The notes under the pieces: model-generated
What the model saw: only the letters and a program-made list of their open reading frames with translations
Database searches by the model: none
What the model was told of the DNA's origin: nothing
Program-made: the position numbers and the translations under genes
Assembly (NCBI GenBank): GCA_965223425.1
Contig: OZ245003.1
Location: forward strand, 928,001 to 992,000
Reading direction: 5' to 3'
DNA length: 64,000 nt
Source: Nitrosopumilus sp.
GTDB lineage: Archaea > Thermoproteota > Nitrososphaeria > Nitrososphaerales > Nitrosopumilaceae
Shown here: positions 40,972 through 54,900 of the stretch, piece after piece
How the letters are laid out: every line of letters begins with the position of its first letter
Numbering within the stretch: position 1 is the stretch's first letter

Positions 40972-43900
40972 TTGCCAAAGAATGAATCGTTAAAGAAAAT
41001 TCTTGTGCTGGGAAGCGGGGCTATCAAGATTGGGGAAGCTGGAGAATTTGATTACTCTGGAAGCCAATGCCTCAAAGCAATACGTGAAGATGGACTGAAA
41101 AGCGTGCTAATCAATCCAAACATTGCAACAATTCAGACTGATACCAGGTTTGCAGATCAGGTGTATCTTCTCCCAGTAAACCCTGAGTATGTGGAATCCA
41201 TTATCGAAAAAGAAAGACCAGATGGGATTATGCTGGCATATGGCGGACAGACTGCACTGAACTGTGGTGTTAAACTGGAGGAATCTGATATTCTTAAAAA
41301 GTATGGTGTCGGCGTTCTTGGAACTCAGGTAAAAGGTATTCAGAGTACTGAGGATAGGCAGCTTTTCAAGGACTCTATGAAGGAGGCAGGCGTGCCTGTA
41401 CTTAAAAGTAAAACAGTTACAAATTTTGATGATGCCAAAAAGGCAGCAGAAGCACTACGCTATCCAGTCATTATTCGAGTAGCCTATACGCTTGGTGGAC
41501 GGGGAGGGGGCGTTGCCCATAATGAAATTGAACTTCACGAGATTGTGGAGCGAGGCCTCAAGGCAAGCCTTGTTGGCCAAGTTCTAATTGAAGAATACAT
41601 TGGACACTGGAAACAAATTGAATATGAAGTAATGCAAGACTATGATGGAAACAACGTAATTGTCTGTAATATGGAAAATGTTCTTTCAATGAAAGTTCAT
41701 ACCGGTGATAACATTGTAGTTGCCCCCTCACAAACAATTGATAATCATGAATACCACATGTTGCGTTCTGCAGCACTACGTGCAACAAAACATGTTGGAA
41801 TAGTAGGCGAATGCAATATTCAATATGCGCTAGATCCTGATTCGGATAGATACGTTGCAATTGAAATTAATCCCAGGCTTTCACGTTCTTCAGCTTTAGC
41901 TAGTAAAGCAACTGGTTATCCGCTTGCATACATGTCTGCAAAAATTGGATTAGGATATAATTTGTCAGAATTAGTAAATAGAATTACTAAGAGTACTACT
42001 GCATGTTTTGAACCTTCCCTTGACTATATAGTATGCAAACATCCTAGATGGGATTTTGCAAAGTTTGAACTTGTGAACCGAAAACTTGGCCCTACAATGA
42101 AATCAGTTGGTGAAGTAATGGCAATCGGTAGGACATTTGAGGAGTCACTCCAAAAATCAATTCGAATGTTAGATATTGGAAACGATGGACTGGTTCTAAA
42201 CCGTTCTAATGGAAAGACCTACACTGAAGAGGAAATTGAAAGCAAACTTTCTCATCATGATGATCTAATTTTGTACAATGTGGCAGTCGCATTAAAAATG
42301 GGAATTTCAGTTGAGAGAATTTACAAACTCTCCACAATTGATCCTTGGTTTGTCGAAAAAATAAAAAATATAATAGATATTGAATCAAAATTAAAAGATT
42401 CTGAGCTTGACGAGTCTCTTTTATGGAAAGCCAAAAAAATGGGTTTTTCAGACAAGCAGATTGCCCGCTCTAAAGACAAAACCCCTGATGATGTGCGTGA
42501 TTTACGCAAGAAATTAGGCGTTTTGCCTTCTGTTAAGCAAATTGACACGCTTGCAGCTGAATGGCCTGCAGTCACTAACTATCTGTATCTGACATATGGT
42601 GGATATTCTCATGATATTGAGGTTTCATCAGATGAGAAGGGAATCGTTGTTGTTGGAGCCGGACCTTATAGAATTGGAAGCAGCGTGGAATTTGATTGGG
42701 GTACTGTGAACATGGTTTGGGGTCTACAAGAAAATGGTGAAAAAAATATCTCAGTGGTTAACTGCAATCCTGAAACCGTGTCGACTGACTATGATATTTG
42801 TACGCGACTATATTTTGAGGAACTGACTCAAGAACGACTCTTAGATATCACTGAATTTGAAAACCCTAAGGGCGTTATTACCTGTGTTGGAGGTCAAACT
42901 GCAAACAATCTGACTCCTGGCCTTGCACAACATGGCATCAATATTATGGGAACTAGTGCAGATGATGTTGACCGAGCAGAAGATCGCTCAAAGTTTAGTG
43001 CAGAACTTGACAAACTGCACATCCAACAACCACGTTGGCAAGCATTTTCAAGTCTTAATGAGGCAAAAAACTTTGCACAAGAAGTTGGATTTCCTGTAAT
43101 TGTTCGACCATCTTATGTTCTGTCAGGTGCTGCAATGAAAGTTGTTTGGTCTCAAGACGAATTAAAAACATATGTTAAAGAAGCCACTGATGTTTCACCT
43201 GATCACCCGGTTGTGATATCAAAATTCATGCTAAATTCGCTTGAAGTAGATGTTGATGGAATCAGCAACGGAAAAGAAGTTGTTATTGGTGCAATAGTTG
43301 AACACATTGACAGTGCTGGTGTCCACTCTGGTGATGCAATGATGTGTATTCCGCCATGGCGGCTGAATAATAAAATTATTGAAACCATAAATGATTATAC
43401 AAAAAAGATTGCGTTGACTTTTAATGTCAAGGGCCCATTTAATCTGCAATTTTTAATTCATGATAATCACGTTTATGTAATTGAGCTGAACATTCGGGCA
43501 TCACGTTCCATGCCGTTTGTTTCAAAACTTGTCAAAACAAACCTGATTTCCCTTGCATCTAAGGCCATCTTGGATAAACCATTGCCTAAAATACCTGAAA
43601 ACAAGTGGCAAAAAATTCACAACTATGGAATCAAAGTTCCGCAGTTTTCTTTCATGCAGTTAGATGGTGCTGATATTGCTTTAGGCGTTGAGATGCAGTC
43701 TACTGGTGAGGCCGCATGTTTTGGCAATAGTTTCTATGACGCACTATCAAAAGGATTGACGTCTGTTGGTTACAACTTGCCTGATAAAGGAACTGCGCTA
43801 GTAACTGTTGGCGGAGCAACAAACAAAGAAAAACTTGTTACAACCATTGCTAAACTCAAACATCTTGGATTCAAAATTTTGGCTACTGAGCATACTGCAG

Positions 43901-44214
43901 AATTTTTTGAAGAAAAAATTGGACAAATAGAAATTGTTCACAAAATTTCAGAGCCTGAGCGAAAACCAAACATATCTGATCTTCTTTATGAGCGAAAGAT
44001 TGACTTTATCATAAACATCCCTAGTACTTTGTCTTTAGAAAAATATGTTGGAATGCTGGATGATGAATATCAAATTCGCCGAAAGTCTTTGGAATTGGGA
44101 ATTCCTGTATTGACTACAATTGAATTGGCAGACTCTTTTGTGAAAACTTTGGAATGGTTAAAGGATAATCAAACCACCAAAGATCCAATCGAGTCTTATG
44201 ATAAAATAGAATAA
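40972..44214 (+). CDS. carB: Carbamoyl-phosphate synthase large subunit
   Basis: GEAGEFDYSG, two ATP-grasp halves (EINPRLSRSS, NIRASRS) and an MGS domain. Confidence 0.98.
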   Translation: MPKNESLKKILVLGSGAIKIGEAGEFDYSGSQCLKAIREDGLKSVLINPNIATIQTDTRFADQVYLLPVNPEYVESIIEKERPDGIMLAYGGQTALNCGVKLEESDILKKYGVGVLGTQVKGIQSTEDRQLFKDSMKEAGVPVLKSKTVTNFDDAKKAAEALRYPVIIRVAYTLGGRGGGVAHNEIELHEIVERGLKASLVGQVLIEEYIGHWKQIEYEVMQDYDGNNVIVCNMENVLSMKVHTGDNIVVAPSQTIDNHEYHMLRSAALRATKHVGIVGECNIQYALDPDSDRYVAIEINPRLSRSSALASKATGYPLAYMSAKIGLGYNLSELVNRITKSTTACFEPSLDYIVCKHPRWDFAKFELVNRKLGPTMKSVGEVMAIGRTFEESLQKSIRMLDIGNDGLVLNRSNGKTYTEEEIESKLSHHDDLILYNVAVALKMGISVERIYKLSTIDPWFVEKIKNIIDIESKLKDSELDESLLWKAKKMGFSDKQIARSKDKTPDDVRDLRKKLGVLPSVKQIDTLAAEWPAVTNYLYLTYGGYSHDIEVSSDEKGIVVVGAGPYRIGSSVEFDWGTVNMVWGLQENGEKNISVVNCNPETVSTDYDICTRLYFEELTQERLLDITEFENPKGVITCVGGQTANNLTPGLAQHGINIMGTSADDVDRAEDRSKFSAELDKLHIQQPRWQAFSSLNEAKNFAQEVGFPVIVRPSYVLSGAAMKVVWSQDELKTYVKEATDVSPDHPVVISKFMLNSLEVDVDGISNGKEVVIGAIVEHIDSAGVHSGDAMMCIPPWRLNNKIIETINDYTKKIALTFNVKGPFNLQFLIHDNHVYVIELNIRASRSMPFVSKLVKTNLISLASKAILDKPLPKIPENKWQKIHNYGIKVPQFSFMQLDGADIALGVEMQSTGEAACFGNSFYDALSKGLTSVGYNLPDKGTALVTVGGATNKEKLVTTIAKLKHLGFKILATEHTAEFFEEKIGQIEIVHKISEPERKPNISDLLYERKIDFIINIPSTLSLEKYVGMLDDEYQIRRKSLELGIPVLTTIELADSFVKTLEWLKDNQTTKDPIESYDKIE

Positions 44215-44439
44215 TTTTAAAAAACATCAAACATAACTACACTAACAGTTAACGTGGCAGAAAAATTCTCAGATGATGAACCTGGCTAGGTATTAAGCAA
44301 CATGTATCAAAAAGTTCAAGACAACAAAAGCACAGATCAAAAAAAGAGCAAAACAAGTAATATATACAGGCCGTGAAGAAAATTATGAGATTAATCTAAA
44401 TTACGTAATGAAGAATTTTTTCTAAACTCAGAACTATAC

Positions 44440-45687
44440 CAGCTAAGCGAAATCTGCTCTAATTCGGGCCAAATCGGCTACAAAATGCAAACAGATCAAT
44501 GAGGGTACGACCCCATGATTTCTGTTGTTCACACAAAAAACCAGACAGGGCCGCGAACTGTTAAACAATCCACGCATATATGAAGACGTTGCAGACGGCG
44601 CCAAAAACATGCTTGCATGCGCCAACACATCAGACAGGTACAACGCAACGTTTGGACCAGATGATCTGAACTGCGGCATGCTAAAGGCTGCCACCATGAT
44701 TCTTCTGTAGCAGATGCGCAAAGGCGAAGGCACAAACGCTGCAGTACCCCGTCTGACAGGTGGATTGCATCGGCAATCAAGGGAATTGAGCAGGATGCAA
44801 TCCAGCACACGCTTGAAGGCCAGATAGCAAGGCATCTTGAAACCCTCAAAAGACTGGGCAGGTTTCCAAAAAAAGGACTGGACATGGCAATCGACTTGCA
44901 CCTCATACCGCGCTATGACAGGGTACCGGGGGCGGAGCTGACACGTTCCAAATACAAGAACGGAACCAAATACTTTGAGCGTTACATGAGTCCAGTGCGT
45001 AAATGACAAGATGCGTATCGTTCTTGCCGCATCATACCTGAAGATGCTTGAATCCGTGCCTGATTACGTGGATGCCGTCCTCAAAACCATGGCAGGGATG
45101 GGGGCATCAGGATACACCTGGCGTTGCTTGACCGTGAGTTCTTCTCAGTTGATGCGATAAGCAAGCTGCAGGAAAACAACGTAAAGTTTCTGATGCCGTG
45201 CAGGAACACGTACAACGTGGTGGCCGCCTGCGAGAGTTTGCACAGGGGAAAAGAGGAAAGATCTCAGGGAACGTAATTGAAAACAACCTGGGTTCTGCTG
45301 CTGAATATTCCATGATAATAACTGACAGAAAAAAGGCCAAAGACTCTGATGACCCAGAGGGAGGTATACATCGGGTTTGCAACAAACCATCCCGCAGTCA
45401 GGATCGAGGTCTATGCCAAAAGATGGGGGATAAAGATGAGTACGGCAAAATCGAGGAGTGCAGGGCCAAGACACGGATCACAGACATGGAATCGCGGATG
45501 CTGTGCTTTTACCATTCTCGGGTATTGTACAATGAATGGGTGATTGTCAGGGCACTGCTTTCTGATGGCACTGAAAGGCAGAGTGTCATGGCCATGCTGA
45601 CGTTTAAGGTGCAGCTGGAATCGCTTCCCATACGCCAATCCAAACCGCCTACATGATCTCAGGCTTGGGACACATTTCGCTTAGCTG
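44440..45687 (+). mobile_element. ISH3-family IS with frameshifted transposase
   Basis: Perfect 14-bp TIR cagctaagcgaaat / atttcgcttagctg. Transposase motifs are scattered over several frames: MAIDLHLIPRYD, LDREFFSVDAI..NVKFLMP, YAKRWGI. Confidence 0.85.
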
Positions 45688-45920
45688 ACCTCTGAAAAAA
45701 ATATATAAATACCAAAACAAAAGCATCAAGTTGTTGAGTCACACCTTTCAGTTATCTGCTTTCAAGAAGCCGTCGCTAGCCGTATTGCGCTTATGTCATT
45801 CCTGCAGTAATCTTGCCTTCCCTGCCACAATGTTGCCTGACATCGGGGGGGGGGGTGGAGGAAGGATTAGCAGCAGCAGTAATGGTATTGGGAGAAGGAG
45901 AGTACAGGAGAGTCTGACAG

Positions 45921-48900
45921 TTGCGACGATTGATAAAACCGCCGTTGCTTGCAACGACAACAACGACAGCAGCAGCAATAGCGGCACTTGTTCTTCTGAT
46001 TCCCCTTTGCATTCCCCTTGCTGATGCTGCGATAGATTCGCCTGTTCCAGTCGCCTCCTTTGATGACGGAGACACCGTCACAGTCGGCATGACAAACAAG
46101 ACATTTGACGAGCTTGACCAAGCACATGACATCACCACGGTAAGGATAGGCACCGGCACGTACGCCCTGGTCGTATCATTAACTGACTCAGGTGTCCAGA
46201 TAATAGACATTACAGATCCCGCAAGCCCCGTCCCGACTGCCTCCTTTGAGGACGGGGACACAGTCGAAGTCGGCGGGACAAACAAGACATTTGACAAGCT
46301 TTTCAACGGACGGGACATCACCACGGTAAGGATAGGCTCCAGTACCTACGCCCTGGTCGCAGCAACCCTTGACCACGGCGTCCAGATAATAGACATTACA
46401 GATCCCGCAAACCCCGTCCCGACTGCCTCCTTTGAGGACGGGGACACAGTCGAAGTCGGCATGACAAACAAGACATTTGACGAGCTTAGGCAACCATATG
46501 GCATCACCACGGTAAGGATAGGCTCCAGTACCTACGCCCTGGTCGCAGCAAACCTTGATGACGGCGTCCAGATAATAGACATTACGGATCCCGCAAGCCC
46601 CGTCCCGACTGCCTCCTTTGAGGACGGGGACACAGTCGAAGTCGGCGGGACAAACAAGACATTTGACGAGCTTGATGGCGCACGGGGCATCACCACGGTA
46701 AGGATAGGCTCCAGTACCTACGCCCTGGTCGCAGCATACTTTGATGACGGCGTCCAGATAATAGACATTACGGATCCCGCAAGCCCCGTCCCGACTGCCT
46801 CCTTTGAGGACGGGGACACAGTCGAAGTCGGCGGGACAAACAAGACATTTGACGAGCTTGGGAAAGCATTTGGCATCACCACGGTAAGGATAGGCTCCAG
46901 CACCTACGCCCTGGTCGCAGCATACGTTGATGACGGCGTCCAGATAATAGACATTACGGATCCCGCAAGCCCCGTCCCGACTGCCTCCTTTGAGGACGGG
47001 GACACAGTCGAAGTCGGCGGGACAAACAAGACATTTGACGAGCTTGATGGCGCATTTGGCATCACCACGGTAAGGATAGGCTCCAGTACCTACGCCCTGG
47101 TCGCAGCATACTTTGATGACGGCGTCCAGATAATCAACATTACGGATCCCGCAAGCCCCGTCCCGACTGCCTCCTTTGAGGACGGGGACACAGTCGAAGT
47201 CGGCGGGACAAACAAGACATTTGACGAGCTTGATGGCGCACAGGGCATCACCGTAGTGGATATAGGTGCCAGCACCTACGCCCTGGTCGCATCATACGTT
47301 GATGACGGCGTCCAGATAATAGACATTACCAATCCCGCAATAGATCCCCCCAGGTTCGTCTCAGCCGAACTAGACGAATTAACTGGTGTGCTGAGCGTCA
47401 CCTTTGACAAGACAATCGACGCATCCAGCGTCGATGCCACAATGTTCCACATAAGAGAGCCCGAATCCATCACGGGAGGAGTGACCCTGTCTGCACCGGA
47501 GCTTGACACTGCCGCTATTGCTACTACTGACGGCACCGCGCTCTCATTTACGCTGACTGGCCCGAACCGCGACGCAGTCATCGCGCTAGATGACCCGCAG
47601 CTGGAGATAGGGGAGGGCGCCGTGGCCGACGCCAATGGCACCAAGATAACTGCAGCCTTTGATATACGGACTGCCAGGTTCGCCGAGTCTTTTGCTTTTG
47701 GGACGATAGATAATGGTGCCAGAGCCATCGCCTTCTCAAATGACGGCCTGAGGATGTTCCTGGCAGGCATCAATGGTGATTCTAACGCATACCAGTACGC
47801 CCTGCCTGCGGCATTTGACGTGTCAGGTGCCAGCCTTACCCGCTCTGTTACGCTTTCAGACGCTCCTTTCATAAACGGAATCGCCTTCTCAAATGACGGC
47901 CTAAGAATGTTTACGGTCAATAGGTTAACTGATACCGTATACCAGTACGACCTGCCTACAGCATTTGACGTGTCAGGCGCCAGCCTTGCTCAATCCCTCA
48001 ACATCCAATCTCAGCAGACAGGCCCAACTGACGTCGCCTTTTCAAACGACGGCCACAGTATGTTCGTGATAGGGGCTTTCGAATATAAGATAGACCGGTA
48101 CGACCTGCCTACAGCATTTAACGTGACAGGCGCCGAACACGTCGGCGTTTTCTCATTAGAACAAAGGATAGAGGGTAATGTGTATGGCCTTACCTTCTCA
48201 AACGACGGCCACAGGATGCTCGTTACATATGGACTGGGGGACTTCGCAACCAACGACTACAAATCCGTACACCAGTACGATCTGCCTGCAGCATTTAACA
48301 CGACAGGCGCCAGCCTTGTCGGCACCTTTGACCTCTCTCCACATGCGCCGAGATTGAGAGGCACCGCCTTCTCAAATGACGGCCTTGGGATGTTCAATAT
48401 AGACTCCTCTAACAGTACCGTACACCGGTACGACCTGAGGCTGCTCTACGACATAAACAGGCAGCCAGTCGCAGAGGCAGGCCCAAACCAGCACGTGCAG
48501 GAAAGAGACACGGTGACCCTTGACGGGACCAACTCGGCGGATCCTGATGACGGCGACACCACCCTGACGTACTCGTGGTCCCAGACATCCGGCTCCCCTG
48601 CCGTATCCCTGACAAACGCCAACACAACAAGCCCCACATTCACTGCACCGCAAACCGGCAGTACTGCCGCCCTAGAGTTCACGCTTACGGCAAGCGACTC
48701 CTCCTTGTCAAACGGCACTGACACGGTAACTGTCACAGTCTACGACGACCAGACAGTCTTTGCCAGGTCTGCCACGTACTATGAAAACCACGGCATCCTC
48801 GGCATAACCTTCAACAGGGACATCGATAGACTGCCAGGTATTTTATTTGACTTGTTTTCTATCCGCGAGTCCGGCTCTAATTCTGGCGGCTCGGATCTTG

Positions 48901-51900
48901 CCTCCTCTGAATGGCTGGAAAACACGGCAGCGCGCAGCACGATGATCTTCATGCTTGACCCGTCCACGGATGACGCAGTCAGGGCTTTGACATCCCCGCT
49001 GATTGACATAGAGGCTTTTGCCGTGTCTGGCACAAATGGCATCCCATTTATGTACGACCAAGTCGAACTGCCAGTCGTCAAAAGCGGCGCATTTCTTCCG
49101 CGGGTAACCACTGCTGTTGCCTCGGCCCAAAGCGAGATCACCGTGCGCTTTTTGTCCAACGTCGACACGGACATAACCAACGGCACGGGATGGTTCGTGG
49201 GCGCCTCCGTGGACGTGGGCCTGGAAGAAAACCTTGCCGTAGAGTCAAACTCGGATCCCGGCGGGATGACAGACACCATGACGCTTGCGCTAAACGGCTC
49301 GCTGCCAACAGGATTCAGGTCAGGTGCCATCTTCCTTGACTACCAGAGGCCGTCTGATGACGGCACCGGCATCTTCAACGGCACCGAATACCTGGGCAGC
49401 ACCAACCGCATCTTGCTAACTGACGGCATACCACCGGTAATAGTCAATGCCAGCGCAGCTTCTCCAACTGCCACGTCAATAACCCTGACCTTCTCAGAGA
49501 GGATCACAGGCAAGTCTGATGCCGAAAGCTTTTCGCTCTCGCGTACGGCAGACAGCGCCACCACGACGCCGGTGCCTGCAGTGGTGTCGCAGGTGGAAGC
49601 CGGCTCATCCCCCACCATCACGCTTAACCTTAACGGCACCATCGGCAACAACGACCTGGTTATCGGCTACAACCGGGATCTGGGAGGCGACAGCAGCATG
49701 GCAGACATTGCAGGCAACCCCGTGGCAAGCTTTGCAGACATACCGGTGGCCACGCCGCCTGCGGATCCCGTTCTGCCGCCACCACCGGAAGACGACAGCT
49801 ACGCGATAGATTCGCCTGTTCCAGTCGCCTCCATCACTGAAGGCCAGACCCATTCTAACGGCAAGACATTTGACGAGCTTGACGGCCCACGGGACATCAC
49901 CACCGTGGATATAGGTACCAGTACCTACGCCCTGGTCGTATCAGACCGCGAGCTCACTCCTTTCAACGGCGTCCAGATAATCAACATTACCAATCCCGAA
50001 AACCCTGCCCCCGTCGCCTCTATCACTGACGGCCAGACCCATTCTAACGGGAAGACGTTTGACGAGCTTAGCGGCCCACGGGGCATTACCACAGTAACTA
50101 TCGGCACCAGTACCTACGCCTTGGTCACAGCATACTTTGACCAAGGCGTCCAAATAATCAACATTACCAATCCCGCAAAACCCGTCCCGACAGCCTCCTT
50201 TGATGACGGGGACACCGTCCCAGTCGGCAATGCAACCCGGACATTTCACGAGCTTCGAGGTGCACAAGACATCACCACCGTAACTATCAGCACCAGCACG
50301 TACGCCCTGGTCACAGCAGGACTTGACGACGGCGTCCAAATAATCAACATTACCAATCCCGCAAAACCCGTCCCGACAGCCTCCTTTGATGACGGGGATC
50401 GCGTCACAGTAGACAATGCAAACAGGACATTTGACGAGCTTGACGGCGCACAAGCCATCACCACCGTAACTATCGGCACCAGCACGTACGCCCTGGTCGC
50501 AGCAGGATTTGACGACGGCGTTCAGATAATCGACATTACCAATCCCGCAAAACCCGTCCCGACAGCCTCCTTTGATGACGGGGATCGCGTCACAGTAGAC
50601 AATGCAAACAGGACATTTGACGAGCTTGACGGCGCACAAGCCATCACCACCGTAACTATCGGCACCAGCACGTACGCCCTGGTCGCAGCAGGATTTGACG
50701 ACGGCGTTCAGATAATCAACATTACCAATCCCGCAAGCCCCGTCCCGACAGCCTCCTTTGATGACGGGGATCGCGTCACAGTAGACAATGCAAACAGGAC
50801 ATTTGACGAGCTTGACGGCGCACAAGCCATCACCACCGTAACTATCGGCACCAGCACGTACGCCCTGGTCGCATCATTAGATGACGACGGCGTCCAGATA
50901 ATCGACATTACCAATCCCGCAAACCCCTTCCCGACAGCCTCCTTTGATGACGGGGACACCGTCAAAGTCGGCGGGACAAACAAGACATTTGACGAGCTTG
51001 ACGGCGCACGGGCCATCACCACCGTGGATATAGGTTCCAGCACGTACGCCCTGGTCGCATCACTCACTGACAACGGCGTCCAGATAGTCGGCATCTCGTC
51101 AAGATCTATTACAAACCAGCCCACTGTAGCCCCAACCCTCGTATCTGTTGAAAGGCACGACCCTGCCACACAGAGCACAAACGATACCACCCCGACCTTC
51201 AGGGCAACCTTCAGCAAGGCAGTAACCAACGTGGACACATCAGACTTTGAGACCGCAGGTGATGCCACAGCGACAGTCTCTGCTGTCACCCCGGTATCTG
51301 ATACGGTATACCACGTGGAGGTAAACGTGACTGCAGACGGCATAGTCAACCTTGGCATTGATGCAGGACACAACATCCAAGATGCCGCAGGCAACTCCCT
51401 GTCCGGTACTGAGCCTACCGATACAGACGAGCCATACACCATAGATACTGCTCCGCCAACCCTCCTGGCCGTTACAAGGATACACCCTGCAGCAGAAAAC
51501 ACAAACGATCGCAACCCGATCTTCAGGGTCATATTCGGCGAGGCAGTCACCAACGTGGACAAGGAAGACTTTGAGACCTTGGGCAATGCCACTTCAACAG
51601 TCTCTTCGGCCACCCGCATATTTGATACCCAATACGACGTGCTGGTAACGGTAACTGCAGACGGCACGGTCAACCTTGGCATTGATGCAGGACACAACAT
51701 CACAGATGTTGCAGGCAACGCCCTGTCAGACACGACACCTACCGGAGCAAACGAGCCATACACCATAGATACCGTTCAGCCAACCATCCTGTCCATTAAA
51801 AGGCATAACCCCCTCACAGAAAACACAACTGATTCCACCCCGACCTTCAGGGTAACCTTCAGCGAGGAGGTACTTGAGGTGGACAAGCCAGACTTTGCGA

Positions 51901-54900
51901 TCACAGACAGCAGCAGCGCCAACGCGACAGTCTCCACAGTCACCCCTGTACCCGGCAGTACGGTATACGACGTGGGGGTGACCGTAACTGCAAACGGCAC
52001 AGTCAGCCTTGTGCTTGCAGGATCACACTATATCATTGATACTGCAAGCAACTCCCTGTCTCCTGCGGATCCGCCCGTCAGCGAATCATACAACGTCTCC
52101 CTCCTCCCGCAGGCAGAAAACCGGCCTCCGACAATCGACCTAACCGGCGTTAACCCTGCAACTGCAGAAAGGTACGTCGCGTATACAGATGCCGGGGCAG
52201 CCTGCACCGATCCTGACGGCGATACCACAATGCTTGCCAGCTCCTCCAATGTGGACACGGACACAGTATCTTTGCCGGCATCTCCTTACCGGTACACCTA
52301 CTCGTGTACAGACCAACACGGGCTTGCCGCGACAAACAAGACCAGACTCGTCAGTGTGGAGGATACCGTGAAACCTGTGATTACCCTTATCGGCCCGGCA
52401 TCAGTACCGCTGACAGTGGGCGACACATACACGGAAGAAGGGGCAACCTGCACTGACTCTGGCCGTCTGCTTGGTGCTGCCAGTATCGGCGGCGCTACGG
52501 TGGACACGGCTGTCGTCAACGAGTACGATGTGGTGTATGCCTGCTCAGACGGGTACAACAACGCTATTCCGGTAACCAGGACCGTAACTGTTACAGAGCC
52601 CACGCCACCACCACCACCACCACCGGACGTCAACGTCCCCCCATCTGCGTCAATCAGCGCGCCTCCCCGGGCAGCAGAGGGAACGCAGGTAACCCTTGAC
52701 GGGAGCGGCTCTGCTGACACTGACGGCACCATACAATCATACAACTGGACTGCCAGCAACCCGGCAGTAGCCATCACCGGCAGCACCCAGCCAACTGCAT
52801 CATTTATTGCGCCCCAGGTCACAGAGGACACTTTTCTGGCCATCACGCTGAAGGTAACTGACGACGACGGCGCCACAAACTCTGCACAGCACAACATGAC
52901 CATAACCAACGTAAGCCCGCCACCTGACGACAGTGCCGCCCCGACGTTTACTGCCAGGACCGGCCCTGCCACAAACCAGATAACTGTCACCTTCTCCAAG
53001 AACGTCAACAGCACTGCTGACTCCCACGCAGCATGGGGCGTGGCAGGAAGCACGGTCACCGCAATCACCGGCCTTGACGGGACAGGCAATACTGCAACCC
53101 TGACGCTGCAAAGCCCGGTACAGCCGCCTGATGCAACGCCTGCCGTAACATACAATGCCGATGCGGGGAGCGTCTCAGATGCGGCAGGCAACGCGTTAGC
53201 TACTGCAACTGTCACCGCTACTGCGGGACATCCTGCAGGTCTTCACATCCACCTGATCGGCGATGCCTTCCTATACCACACATACGGGGAACCGTACACC
53301 GACAAGGGCGCCCTGTGCCATGACGCAGACGGAAACGACATAACTGACACCGGCGACTATGAAACCCTGCCGTACCTGAATCAGACGCAGACAATAAACG
53401 CCACCCTTCATGCAGATACCGTTCTTAATTTTACCCACCAATCCCAAAACGAGTACCGCCCCTTTGATCCGCAGGAGGTAACATACAAGTGTGCTACCTC
53501 GCCGTCTGAATTCGTAGAGGAGTCCAGGCAAGTAGCCCTGCGTGATGACACACCTCCTGAAATCCGACTAAACGGGCCACGCGACGTGGATCTGGAGATA
53601 GGCGAGACATTTGAGGAGACTGCCACATGCACTGACGCTCCTCTCAAATACCAGACAGAACTTCTAAACGCCGCATTTTATCTGACTTTTCGCATCTCTT
53701 TCCTCCCTGACGGGTACCAAGACACCGCAGGAGAGCACACGATAAGCTACACATGTTCGGACTCTAAAGGCAACGACGCAGAGGATACAAGCAGGACGCT
53801 TCATGTAGGCACGCCTGACAACACGCCACCCGTGCTTGCAGTCAACCCCGGCATAGTGACCACCCTGGCAAACGGCACGCATGTCGTACGGCAGGATGTC
53901 GGCTTTGCAGCAGCAGGTGACGGCGGCGGCCTGCAGTCCGCAGTATCATGCACCGATAACAGGGACAGCACCCCTGCAATCACGCTGGATCCTGCCACGG
54001 TGGACACCTCAGTTAGCGGCGCCCACACCATAACGTACTCCTGCACGGATGCTGCCGGCAACCCATCTAATGATATAACAGTAACCTGGGATTTCGGTCC
54101 TGCAGCCCCCGTGCTTGCAGTAACGCCCGCAGACACCCAAGTCACGCTGGCACTCGACGCGTCATACGAGATCCCCGCAGCATCCTGCACAGACCACAGG
54201 GACGGCGACATCACCGGCACCGGGATTGTAACTGTCATCTCGTCTGGAGGCCAGCCAGTCGACGAAATAGACACCTCCTCTGCAGGCACATACGGTATAA
54301 CGTACTCCTGCACGGACTCTGATGACAACACCTCAGAGCACAACGTGACAGTCACAATCCTGCCTGCCGTAGTTGACAGCACGCCGCTTATCGTAGTGCT
54401 AAACCCGCCTGAAATCATATTTGTTCCAGTCGGGGGCAGCTTTGCAGATGCTGATACCGGCGCCCTCTGCATTGATGGCCAGGGCAATATCATAGAAGGC
54501 AGAACCACCGTGGATGCCACCGCACTTGACACGGCCGTTCTTGGCAACCACACCGTGACGTACTCCTGCACGGTTTCTGAAGAAAACCCCCAGTCTAGCA
54601 CCATATCAAGGACAGTCAGCGTGTACGGATTCACCGTAAACGGAAACATCGCCGACTTTGCAACTGACATCACCACCTCTGATGACTACGAGGAAGGCAT
54701 AATCCAAAACATTACGAATATTGAGAATCCATACCAAAGCATAAAGTATTACGATACAGCCGGGCAAGACACCGACTCTTTTGACAATCAAACACGCCCG
54801 GCAGGAACCTATACCGTACAGTATACCGTGTCTACCCCAATGTCGTCCCCGCCCATAACCTACACCATCACAGAGACAGTAACCGTGGTAAACGCCACCA

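Noticed and set aside
46030-51090. Conserved repeats with variable inserts as a CRISPR array or DGR target
   Set aside because: The repeats are 186-bp in-frame coding units, the variable windows are short and not adenine-restricted, and there is no cas or reverse transcriptase gene in the window.
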